DNA from: Alphaproteobacteria bacterium
GTDB taxonomy: Bacteria; Pseudomonadota; Alphaproteobacteria; SP197
Direction of reading: 5' to 3'
Length of the DNA stretch: 64,000 nt
NCBI GenBank assembly: GCA_964291265.2
Contig: OZ219747.1
Span: 1,248,001-1,312,000, forward strand
Shown here one piece after another: positions 9,763-17,889 of this stretch (position 1 is its first letter; every line of letters begins with the position of its first letter). A program made the position numbers and the translations under genes. The notes below the pieces were generated by a model. The model had not been told where the DNA came from. It did not search any database and saw only the letters and a program-made list of their open reading frames with translations.

Positions 9763-9853
9763 CCTGTTGTCAGGTCCTATTGTCACGTCCTGTTGTCGTG
9801 GGTTCAGTGTTCGGCTGATTGTCTCCCCGAGCGCCGCCCGTTTTCCTATTGTC
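9763..9853 (+). repeat. Subterminal CCTRTTGTC repeats
   Basis: Copies at 9763, 9776 and 9789 (13-bp period) and at 9845. Confidence 0.7.
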
Positions 9854-10124
9854 GTTTTGGTCCGGTTCGGATTGTTCCGTCGGCCTCTGCTTCGGTCTTG
9901 GTGACGGTTGCCGGGAGGGTTTCGGTTCCGAGGCACTCGCGGGATCGTCTGTTTTCCCTGTGGTCTGGGTCGTGTTGTCCGGTCCCGGGGCGGCGTTTTT
10001 GCCGCCGCCCCGGGTGGATGCTAGATCGGCATCGAAAGAAAGAGCGATGCGATGCCGGGCAGAGTTGTGATGACGCCCCCCGGCGCAGCACCCGGACGAG
10101 CCGGTCACGGGGGACCGAACTCCC

Positions 10125-10655
10125 GTGTATTGTCGAGCCATTTTGCGTCCGGGTCCACCCCCGCTCTCGAGACGGATCGTGTGCACGACGGGACGACTGT
10201 TCAACTGCAAGCGGTGTCAGCGGCAGGTTGTTCTCTGCCGGTCGTGTGACCGGGGGCATGTGTATTGCTCCGATGAGTGCAGGGAGCGGTCCCGGATCGA
10301 GCGGCGCCGCGCGTCGCGTCGTCGCTACCAGAGCACGCTGAGGGGCCGTGAGACGGGCCGTCACCGCCAGCGGCGTTACCGGCTCCGCAAGGCGGAGGAG
10401 GCGCGTGCGTTGAAGGCCAGGGCGGCGATGCTTGCCGAGATCATGGGCACGCAGACGTCTGCTGTGGTGCTGCTTGGCGACGTTCCGGCGGTGTCTGGAG
10501 ACGCCGGTTCCGAAGAAATCGTTACGGACCACCCTTCCCGACTGCTGCCGACCTCCCTACCTGCGGTTGTGAAGGCGCGAGAGCGACGCGAATCGCCGCT
10601 TCGGTGCGCCCGGTGCGGACGGGTCGTGACGCATGTGGTGCTGAGGGACCTGTGA
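10125..10655 (+). CDS. Cys-rich, Arg-rich putative zinc-binding protein upstream of istA
   Basis: CKRC-x6-CRSC-x6-CSDEC, long basic helix, C-terminal CARCG; intact in both copies; start may be GTG 10179. Confidence 0.7.
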   Translation: MYCRAILRPGPPPLSRRIVCTTGRLFNCKRCQRQVVLCRSCDRGHVYCSDECRERSRIERRRASRRRYQSTLRGRETGRHRQRRYRLRKAEEARALKARAAMLAEIMGTQTSAVVLLGDVPAVSGDAGSEEIVTDHPSRLLPTSLPAVVKARERRESPLRCARCGRVVTHVVLRDL

Positions 10656-10687
10656 TGCGGCGTTGAGGAACCAAAGGGAGGGAGTTC

Positions 10688-12181
10688 ATGGCGATCGACG
10701 AGGACACGCGGGCGACGATCGTGCGGCTGTCGCGGGCCGAGGGCTGGGCTGTGGGGACGATTGCCCGGCATCTCGGCGTGCACCACGGCACGGTGACGCG
10801 GGCGCTCAAGGCGTCGGGGCAGGAGCGGCGGCCGCGGGCCAAGCTCATCGACCCCTTCGTTGCCTTCCTCGGGGAGCGTCTTGAGGCGTCGCCGGACCTT
10901 CCGGCCAGCACGCTCTGGCGACAGGTCGTGGCCCTGGGCTACCGCGGCGGCGAGGATCACTTCCGTCACGACCTGCGCCGCCTCGGGCTGAGGCCGGTGA
11001 AGAGGCCCGAGCCGTCGCTGCGGCTGAGCTTCCTTCCGGGCGAGCAGGCGCAGGTTGACTGGGCCGAGTTCGGGAAGGTCCGCATTGGCCGGGCGGAGCG
11101 CAGGCTCATGGGGCTTCTCGTCACCCTCAGCTACTCGCGCCAGACTGTCCTGAGCCTGTTCCACGACGCGCGGATGGCCAGCTTCCTGCAAGGCCATGTC
11201 GAGGCTTTCGCGGCATTCGGGGGTGTGCCGCGGAGGCTTCTGTACGACAACCTGAAGAGTGCCGTGGTGACGCGCCGCGGCAAGGCGGTCACCTATCATC
11301 CGATGCTGCTCGGCCTCGCGGCCCACTATGCCTTCGAACCGAGCGCCGCCTGGCCCAGGAGCCCGCAGGAGAAGGGCCGCGTGGAACGCCGTGTGCGCTT
11401 CGCGCGCACCGGGTTCTTCGCCGGGCGCGACATCACGGTCCCGCTCGGCGAGCTCAACGCCGCGGTTCGGGAGTGGTGCTTCGGCGCCGCCGCGGAGCGG
11501 CCCTGGCCGGACGACGACAGTCTCCTGGTGCGGGACGCCTTCGCCCGGGAGAGGGAGCACCTGATCGTCCTTCCCGTCGACCCCTTCCCGCATCACGAGG
11601 TCCGCCCGGTGCGCATCGACAAGACCTGCCACGCCCGCTTCGACACCAACGACTACAGCGTTCCGGGTAGCTTCTCCAAGGCCCTGCTGACGCTGGTCGC
11701 CGACCGCGACGAGGTCCGCATCCTCGACGGCGCCGACGAGGTCGCGCGCCACCGACGCTCCTACGACAGGAAGCAGGCCGTCACCGATCCGGAGCATGCC
11801 AGGGCGATCGCCGCGGGCAAGCGGCGGGCCCGCTCCATGAGCGTCCGCGACCGGGTCCTGCGCACCGTGCCGCGGGCCGAGGAGATGCTGGCGCGCGCCG
11901 GGACCAACGGGCGCAACGTGGCCTCCTGCGCCCGGATGCTGGAGACGCTTCTCAACGCGCACGGCGCCGACGCTCTCGACCGGGCTGTCGCCACGGCGCT
12001 GGAGCGCGGCTCGTGCCACCCCGAAACCGTGCGCGTCATCATCGAAGAGCGCCGCCGGGAGCAGGGCCTGCCGCCCCTCAGCATCGCCGACGACGGCCGC
12101 GGCGGCCGTGGCACGACGCCGCGGGGGACCGCTCTCGACGCCTACGACAGGCCCGAAGCCAGCGCCAGGAACAAGACATGA
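10688..12181 (+). CDS. istA: IS21-family transposase IstA
   Basis: N-terminal HTH (IARHLGVHHGTVTRAL), PGEQAQVDW, LYDNLKSAV, PQEKGRVER, FDTNDYSVP; GGGAGGGAG RBS. Confidence 0.95.
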   Translation: MAIDEDTRATIVRLSRAEGWAVGTIARHLGVHHGTVTRALKASGQERRPRAKLIDPFVAFLGERLEASPDLPASTLWRQVVALGYRGGEDHFRHDLRRLGLRPVKRPEPSLRLSFLPGEQAQVDWAEFGKVRIGRAERRLMGLLVTLSYSRQTVLSLFHDARMASFLQGHVEAFAAFGGVPRRLLYDNLKSAVVTRRGKAVTYHPMLLGLAAHYAFEPSAAWPRSPQEKGRVERRVRFARTGFFAGRDITVPLGELNAAVREWCFGAAAERPWPDDDSLLVRDAFAREREHLIVLPVDPFPHHEVRPVRIDKTCHARFDTNDYSVPGSFSKALLTLVADRDEVRILDGADEVARHRRSYDRKQAVTDPEHARAIAAGKRRARSMSVRDRVLRTVPRAEEMLARAGTNGRNVASCARMLETLLNAHGADALDRAVATALERGSCHPETVRVIIEERRREQGLPPLSIADDGRGGRGTTPRGTALDAYDRPEASARNKT

Positions 12182-12879
12182 GCGAGCTCAGGGAGCGTGC
12201 CCGGGCGCTCGGCCTCCACGGGCTCGTCGAACGCTGGGACGAGGTCGCCGGGACCGCATGGATCGAGGAGGTGGTCAGCGGCGAGGAACAGGCCCGCAGG
12301 GCCCGCAGCCACGAGCGCCGCCGCGCCGCGGCGCGGCTGCCCGCCTTCAAGCCCCTGGCGGACTTCGACTGGACATGGCCGCGCGACATCAGCCGGGCTC
12401 ATGTCGAAGCGCTCCTCGGCCTCGGCTTCGTCGACCGTGCGGACAACGCCGTGCTCGTCGGCGGGCAGGGCACCGGAAAGACCATGATCGCCGCCAACGT
12501 GGCGCACCAGGCCCTGCTGCACGGCCACACCGTCCGCTTCGAGAAGGCGCCGGAACTGCTCGAGGCACTCGCCGAGACCGTCTCGCGCAGCGAGCTGCGC
12601 CGCCGCCTCGCGATCCTCGCCAGGCCCCGCCTGCTCGTCCTCGACGAAATCGGCTACGTGACCCTCGAAAGCCACCATGCCGACATCCTCTACGCCATCG
12701 TCTCGCGGCGCTATCAGCGCCGCTCGACCATGGTCACGACAAGCCTCGCCTTCGCCCAGTGGGACCGCGTCTTCCCCAGCGCCTCCGGCATCGCCGGCAC
12801 CGTCGACCGGCTCATGCACGACGCAACCCTCATCTCCATCGACAGCGACTCCTGGCGGCTCAGGCGTGAAACCCGATAA
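12178..12879 (+). CDS. istB: IS21-family AAA+ ATPase IstB
   Basis: KPLADFDW, Walker A GGQGTGKT, Walker B LLVLDEIGY, VDRLMH; ATGA overlap with istA. Confidence 0.95.
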   Translation: MSELRERARALGLHGLVERWDEVAGTAWIEEVVSGEEQARRARSHERRRAAARLPAFKPLADFDWTWPRDISRAHVEALLGLGFVDRADNAVLVGGQGTGKTMIAANVAHQALLHGHTVRFEKAPELLEALAETVSRSELRRRLAILARPRLLVLDEIGYVTLESHHADILYAIVSRRYQRRSTMVTTSLAFAQWDRVFPSASGIAGTVDRLMHDATLISIDSDSWRLRRETR

Positions 12880-13759
12880 ACCCCGCCGCGTCGACTTCGA
12901 CGCCGTCAAGCGCATGCCGTTCGAACGCATCGCCGCCGACTGGGGATACGTCCGCGACGAACAGGCCTCGACACGCGCCAACCCCGTCCTGTGCGCACCC
13001 GGCCTGCCGAAGCTCGTCACGAAGTGCCTCAACAACGGACACTGGGTCTACTTCAACACCCAGAACGATGAAGACAACGGAACCGTCATCGACTTCATGC
13101 TCAACCGCGGACTGGCCTTCGCCGACATCTGCACCCGCTTCGCAGCACCCGACGCCGCGCCACGCGACTTCCGCAGCCTCTGGGCCGCGGCAACGCCCGA
13201 TGCGGCCCCGGACTGGCTCACCGGGCGCGGCATCCTCCCGGAGACCCTCGACACCTGCCGCCCCCTGGTCCGCCGCGACCACAACGGACGCGTCCTCTTC
13301 GCCCATCGCAACAGGAAGCGAAAGCTCACCGGCTTCGAGATCGGTCCCCCCGACGGACCGAAACGCTTCGCCACCGGTGGAACCCGAAGCCTGTTCGCCG
13401 TCCGCGCCGGAACCGCCGCGGACCTCGAGGCCCTCGTCATCACCGAAAGCGCCGTCGACGCCCTCAGCCTGGCCCAGATCGACCAATGTCCCCCCAGCCA
13501 CGCCTTCCTCTCCACCGCCGGGGCACCCTCGCGAAGACAGCACGAACAGATCAGCCTCGCCGCAAGCAGCCTGCCCAACGTCAGGACCATCGTCCTCGCC
13601 CAGGACCACGACGAGGCCGGAGAGCGACAGGCCGAAACCCTGCGCAAAAAGATGAAGCTCCCCTCCCACGTCTCGTTCCACAGACGCAGACCGCCGGAAA
13701 ACGCCGACTGGAACGACGTCGTCAACGCCAGGACCAAAGAACCACAAGCGAGATCATGA
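12866..13759 (+). CDS. Toprim-domain (DUF3991/Toprim_2-like) primase-like protein, about 297 aa
   Basis: DNGTVIDF, WLTGRGI, LVITESAVDALSLAQ, FLSTAG, IVLAQDHDEAG, PPENADWNDVV; GTG start overlaps the istB end. Confidence 0.8.
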   Translation: MKPDKPRRVDFDAVKRMPFERIAADWGYVRDEQASTRANPVLCAPGLPKLVTKCLNNGHWVYFNTQNDEDNGTVIDFMLNRGLAFADICTRFAAPDAAPRDFRSLWAAATPDAAPDWLTGRGILPETLDTCRPLVRRDHNGRVLFAHRNRKRKLTGFEIGPPDGPKRFATGGTRSLFAVRAGTAADLEALVITESAVDALSLAQIDQCPPSHAFLSTAGAPSRRQHEQISLAASSLPNVRTIVLAQDHDEAGERQAETLRKKMKLPSHVSFHRRRPPENADWNDVVNARTKEPQARS

Positions 13760-13785
13760 CCACGTCCGTCACAAGGAGACCACTC

Positions 13786-14076
13786 ATGCCCCTCACGCCC
13801 GCCGAAAAGCAGCGGCGATACCGGGAACGGCGCAAGGCCGGCATCCCTCCCGTCCACACCCCAAAGCACCGTGACCGGCGCTCGCGACCGCAACGCTGGA
13901 ACGACGCCGTGGCCGAACTGCGCGCCCTGCAGGACGAATGGCGTGACCACCTCGACAGCATCCCCGAAAGCCTCCGTGACACGCCTTACGGAGAACGCCT
14001 GCAGAGCGTCGCCGATGCCGACATCGAGGCCCTCGAGGACATCGAACCGCCACGCGGCTACGGAAGGGATACGTGA
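13786..14076 (+). CDS. Small hypothetical protein with basic N-terminus (96 aa)
   Basis: AAGGAG RBS; MPLTPAEKQRRYRERRK..RSRPQRWNDAVAEL..IEPPRGYGRD; alternative ATG 13756 overlaps the Toprim stop; intact in both copies. Confidence 0.75.
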   Translation: MPLTPAEKQRRYRERRKAGIPPVHTPKHRDRRSRPQRWNDAVAELRALQDEWRDHLDSIPESLRDTPYGERLQSVADADIEALEDIEPPRGYGRDT

Positions 14077-14646
14077 TCCCGCAAGACCCTTGAACGCGGT
14101 CACGCGTTACCATCCAGGAATGAGAACGTCTCACCCCGACGCGCTTCTCAGCCTCCCCGGGAAACCCCCGGGCCGTCCAAACGACACCGCATCACGAGAC
14201 TGCCGCAGCCGCTGGCCGGACTGGCTTACAGGTCGCAGCATCCGCCCGAAAACACTCAACGCCTGCCGCACCCTGCAGGACGAATGGCGTGACCGCCTCG
14301 ACAGCATCCCCGAAACCCTCCGTGACACGCCTTACGGAGAACGCCTGCAGATCGTCGCCGATGCCGACATCGAGGCTCTCGAGGACATCGAACCGCCACG
14401 CGGCTACGGAAGGGACACGTAATCTCGCAAGACCCTTGAACGCGGTCACGCGTTACCATCCAGGAATGAGAACGTCTCACCCCGACGCGCCTCTCAGCCT
14501 CCCCGGGAAACCCCCGGGCCGTCCAAACGACACCACATCACGAGACTGCCGCAGCCGCTGAGCCGCAGCAACGCCCGATCCGCCGCCGGACTGGCTCACA
14601 GGTCGCAGCATCCGCCCGAAAACACTCGACGCCTGCCGCACCCTGC
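13925..14646 (+). repeat. Tandem duplication of about 346 bp inside the element
   Basis: ccctgcaggacgaatggcgtgacc at 13925 and 14271; the second unit has an extra 24 bp. Confidence 0.9.
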
Positions 14647-14870
14647 GCCGCCGCAACCGCAACGCACGCAGCCTCTTCGCCCAGCGCAACAGAAACCGTC
14701 AGCTCTCCAGCCTCGAGATCGTCCCGCCCGACGAACCACGACGAGGACGGAGAACGCCAGAACGAAACCACGCGCAAAAGCCTGAAGCTCCCCTCCCACA
14801 TCACGTTCCACAAACGCCGAACGCCAGAAAACGCCGACCGGAACGACATCGTCAACGTCAATGCAAGACC
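14538..14870 (+). pseudogene. Decayed, internally deleted paralog of the Toprim gene
   Basis: Aligns codon by codon to about 13160-13358 and 13604-13740; TGG changed to TGA. Confidence 0.8.
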
Positions 14871-15020
14871 AATGGGATCCAACAATAGGCAGAAAACAAA
14901 GACCGGGCGGACCTTCGTCCAATGCCGCACGTTCTCCTGTCGTGGTCACCCACTCACACGATCAGCGCCCAAAAGAGCGGTTCTCCGCCAATATCCCGCC
15001 GTTCTAAATCGCCGCCGACA

Positions 15021-15243
15021 AGTCGATCACCTCGGTTTCGGGCTCAAGACCAGAGAGGAAGGTCCAGTTGTCGGCGTCGGCGTCGGCGATGGCGCTGATC
15101 CTGATCGCGGGACGCTTGCGCCTGATGACCTCGCTTGCCAGCTGCGCCTTCAGCGTGCGCTTGCCGCGCTCGGGCATGCGGCCGAGATAGACGGTCTTCA
15201 GGCGCTCACCGTCGGCATCGTGGAAGGAGGGAGACTGTGCCAC
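15021..15243 (-). pseudogene. ISKra4-like transposase, upstream fragment
   Basis: FHDADGERLKTVYLGRMPERGKRTLK..IADADADNWTFL..EVID, continuing as FWHA at 9694 once the element is removed. Confidence 0.8.
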
Positions 15244-15764
15244 AGGGCGCCTCGCAACGGCCGTCCTCGCCGATCCGCAGCGCCATCATGGGATCGAACA
15301 CTCCTCGCATGGCCCGATACAACCGCAACACGGGCGCCGACTGCATCACCGTCCTCAATGGCATGGACGCTCCGGGACGCCCTGTGGCGCGTTTCTTCGC
15401 TACCGGCGACGCCCATCAGGCCCATGGCGTCCATGGCGCCCGTTCCGCCCTCCCCGTCGCGTGATGACGGCGAAGCGCGCAGGCGCGATGTCGTTCAAGG
15501 GCACCCTGTCAATGCAGGGTCCGTCCCGCGACACCGGAACCGGGAGGGCGTACCGACCGGCGTGCTGCCTGGCAGGGCCCTGTGGCGACGAAGCGGCATT
15601 GTTGCGAATCGGCTCGGCACCGGAGCGGATTGCACCGTGGGCCCGTCGTCTGCCTGGCATGTACGCGGGCTGAACACGGCAACCTCATGTGATCGCGCCG
15701 TCTAAGCCTGTGTCGGGAGAAGCGAATGTTGCGAAGTGGCGCCTGCCGGTCTGCTGGTGCCGGC

Positions 15765-17252
15765 TCATGAATTCCCTCTGCGTTTGCGGGCGATGTCGAG
15801 CCAGCGATCGATATCGGTCGAGGATTCGATGGCGTCGGCCACGGCGTCAATGGCCATATCGACCTCCCTCTCGAAGGCGATGCCGTTCGCCGCACGACCG
15901 CCGAGGCGTTCGAGGAAGCGGTGTCGGAAGCCGTCCGAACGGAACAGTCCGTGCATGTAGCAGCCCATGATGCGTCCCGAGCGCGAGACCGCACCATCGC
16001 CCCCCGATTCCAGTTCCACCATGGGCCGTTCCAGGTCCGGTCCGGTCGTCACGCCCATGTGCATCTCGTAGCCTGCAACCGGTTCTCCCGTCATGATGTC
16101 GCGGCCCCTGACCTCGGCCAGCTGCTTGGTGTCGGCAAGCGTGGTCGTGATGTCGAGCAGGCCGAGTCCGGGCTCCGAACCCGGTCTTCCCTCGATGCCG
16201 GAGGGGTCGGCGACCTCGCGTCCCAGCATCTGGTAGCCGCCGCACAGTCCGACGATCCACCCGCCGCGCCGGACATGGGCGGCAAGATCGATGTCCCATC
16301 CGTGGGCCCTGAGCGAGGCAAGGTCGGCCAGTGTGCTCTTGGAGCCTGGCAGGATGACAAGATCGCAGGTCCCGGGAAGCGGCTCGCCCGGTTCGATCAT
16401 CCGGAGGTCGACATCCGGTTCCGACATCAGGGGATCAAGGTCGTCGAAGTTGGCGATACGGTCGAAGCGCAGGCAGACAACGCGGATGGCAGCCCCGGTC
16501 CGTCCGGCGCGTGGCCGCGGTCGATCGAGGGCAACCGCATCCTCGGCCGGCAGGCGCCGCGCCGCCGCAAGGTGGGGAATGACTCCGAGACAGTCGAGGC
16601 CGGCATGCTGTCTGATGATGTCGAGCGCGGGATCGAAGAGCGAGACATCGCCGCGGAACCTGTTGATGCAGCAGGCATGCACGAGGTGCCGTTCATCCTC
16701 ATCGAGAAGAGCCATGGTGCCGACGATGCCGGCGATGACGCCGCCGCGGTCGATATCCCCGACGAGCACGACGGGAACGCGGGCCTCGAGGGCAAAACCC
16801 ATGTTGGCGATGTCCCCGTCCCTGAGGTTGACCTCTGCCGGCGATCCCGCCCCCTCGACGAGGACGAGATCGGCCGCGGCCTCCAGATATCGGAAGCTCT
16901 CCATGACGGGCGCCATGAGCGTGCCCGCAAGATCGCGGTAGCCCCGGGCCGAGCTCGAACCCAGTAAACGTCCCTGGACAATGATCTGGGATGTGCGGTC
17001 GGACTGGGGCTTGAGAAGCACGGGATTCATGTGAACGCTGGCCGGGAGGCCACAGGCCCTCGCCTGAAGCATCTGGGCACGGCCGATTTCACCGCCATCG
17101 GCGGCCACGCCGGCGTTGTTCGACATGTTCTGGGGCTTGAAGGGCATGGTCGTCAGACCGCGCCGGGTGAAGGCGCGGGCGAGACCGGTGACGATCAGGG
17201 ATTTTCCGACATCCGAACCGGTCCCCTGGACCATCACTGCAGGCGTCGCCAC
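15765..17252 (-). CDS. cobQ: Cobyric acid synthase
   Basis: MVQGTGSDVGKS, FKPQNMSNN, VEGAGSPAEVNL, GLCGGYQMLG, YMHGLF. Confidence 0.97.
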   Translation of the reverse strand: MATPAVMVQGTGSDVGKSLIVTGLARAFTRRGLTTMPFKPQNMSNNAGVAADGGEIGRAQMLQARACGLPASVHMNPVLLKPQSDRTSQIIVQGRLLGSSSARGYRDLAGTLMAPVMESFRYLEAAADLVLVEGAGSPAEVNLRDGDIANMGFALEARVPVVLVGDIDRGGVIAGIVGTMALLDEDERHLVHACCINRFRGDVSLFDPALDIIRQHAGLDCLGVIPHLAAARRLPAEDAVALDRPRPRAGRTGAAIRVVCLRFDRIANFDDLDPLMSEPDVDLRMIEPGEPLPGTCDLVILPGSKSTLADLASLRAHGWDIDLAAHVRRGGWIVGLCGGYQMLGREVADPSGIEGRPGSEPGLGLLDITTTLADTKQLAEVRGRDIMTGEPVAGYEMHMGVTTGPDLERPMVELESGGDGAVSRSGRIMGCYMHGLFRSDGFRHRFLERLGGRAANGIAFEREVDMAIDAVADAIESSTDIDRWLDIARKRRGNS

Positions 17253-17271
17253 GACGGTATGTTCCGGCGCC

Positions 17272-17889
17272 TCAGAATTCGATGCCGGGCTGACTGCGCA
17301 CGCCCTCGCGGAAGGGATGCTTCACGAGGGTCATCTCGGTGACGAGGTCGGCAATCTCGATGAGTGCAACCGGGGCATTGCGCCCGGTGACAACGACATG
17401 GAGGTCATCGCGGCGGGCGTCGAGCGTATCGAGCACATCGTCGGCATCGACATACCCGTAGCGCAACGCGATGTTGAGTTCGTCGAGTATGACGAGGCGG
17501 ATTCCGGGGTCGGCCATGAGTTCGCAGGAGGCCTTCCAGGCAGCCAGGGCCATCTCGGTATCGCGCTCGCGGTCCTGGGTCTCCCAGGTGAACCCCTCGC
17601 CCATGACCTTCCAGGTGACCTGTTCGGGAAACCGACGGAACACCTCCAGTTCACCGATCGTGTCGCGCCCCTTGATGAACTGCACGACGCCGATGCGATA
17701 GCCGTGACCCAGGCAGCGCAGGGCCATGCCCCACGCGGCTGTCGACTTTCCCTTTCCCTTGCCCGTGTGGACGATGAGAAGTCCGCGCTCCTCGGTCTTG
17801 GTGGCCATCATGCGATCACGGGCAGCCTTGCGCTTCCTCATCCTGTCCCGGTGATGCCGGTTGATGGAGTCGTCGTCGGACGTCGTCAT
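17272..17889 (-). CDS. cobO: Cob(I)yrinic acid a,c-diamide adenosyltransferase
   Basis: HTGKGKGKSTAA, VVQFIKG, MGEGFTW, VTGRNAP, ADLVTEM..KHPF. Confidence 0.96.
   Translation of the reverse strand: MTTSDDDSINRHHRDRMRKRKAARDRMMATKTEERGLLIVHTGKGKGKSTAAWGMALRCLGHGYRIGVVQFIKGRDTIGELEVFRRFPEQVTWKVMGEGFTWETQDRERDTEMALAAWKASCELMADPGIRLVILDELNIALRYGYVDADDVLDTLDARRDDLHVVVTGRNAPVALIEIADLVTEMTLVKHPFREGVRSQPGIEF

Larger units (their letters stand above)
9695..15020 (+). mobile_element. IS21-family-derived 5326-bp transposon with cargo genes, copy 1
   Basis: Left end TGTTGATGGCTGCATAGAACGGCGGGATTTCGGCG versus reverse complement of right end TGTCGGCGGCGATTTAGAACGGCGGGATATTGGCG; TSD AGTCG at 9690-9694 and 15021-15025; near-identical copy at 57970-63297. 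Confidence 0.93.

Noticed and set aside
13925-14646. Repeats as a CRISPR array or guide locus for a CAST-like system
   Set aside because: Only two long units, no repeat-spacer pattern, and no Cas or TnpB-like ORF
13160-14870. Toprim gene and its A-enriched downstream copy as a DGR variable/template repeat pair
   Set aside because: Many mismatches are at non-A positions, the copy has an internal deletion, and no reverse transcriptase is visible in the window
15244-15764. Possible coding remnant between the ISKra4 fragment and cobQ
   Set aside because: Looks like decayed coding sequence but I cannot assign a family
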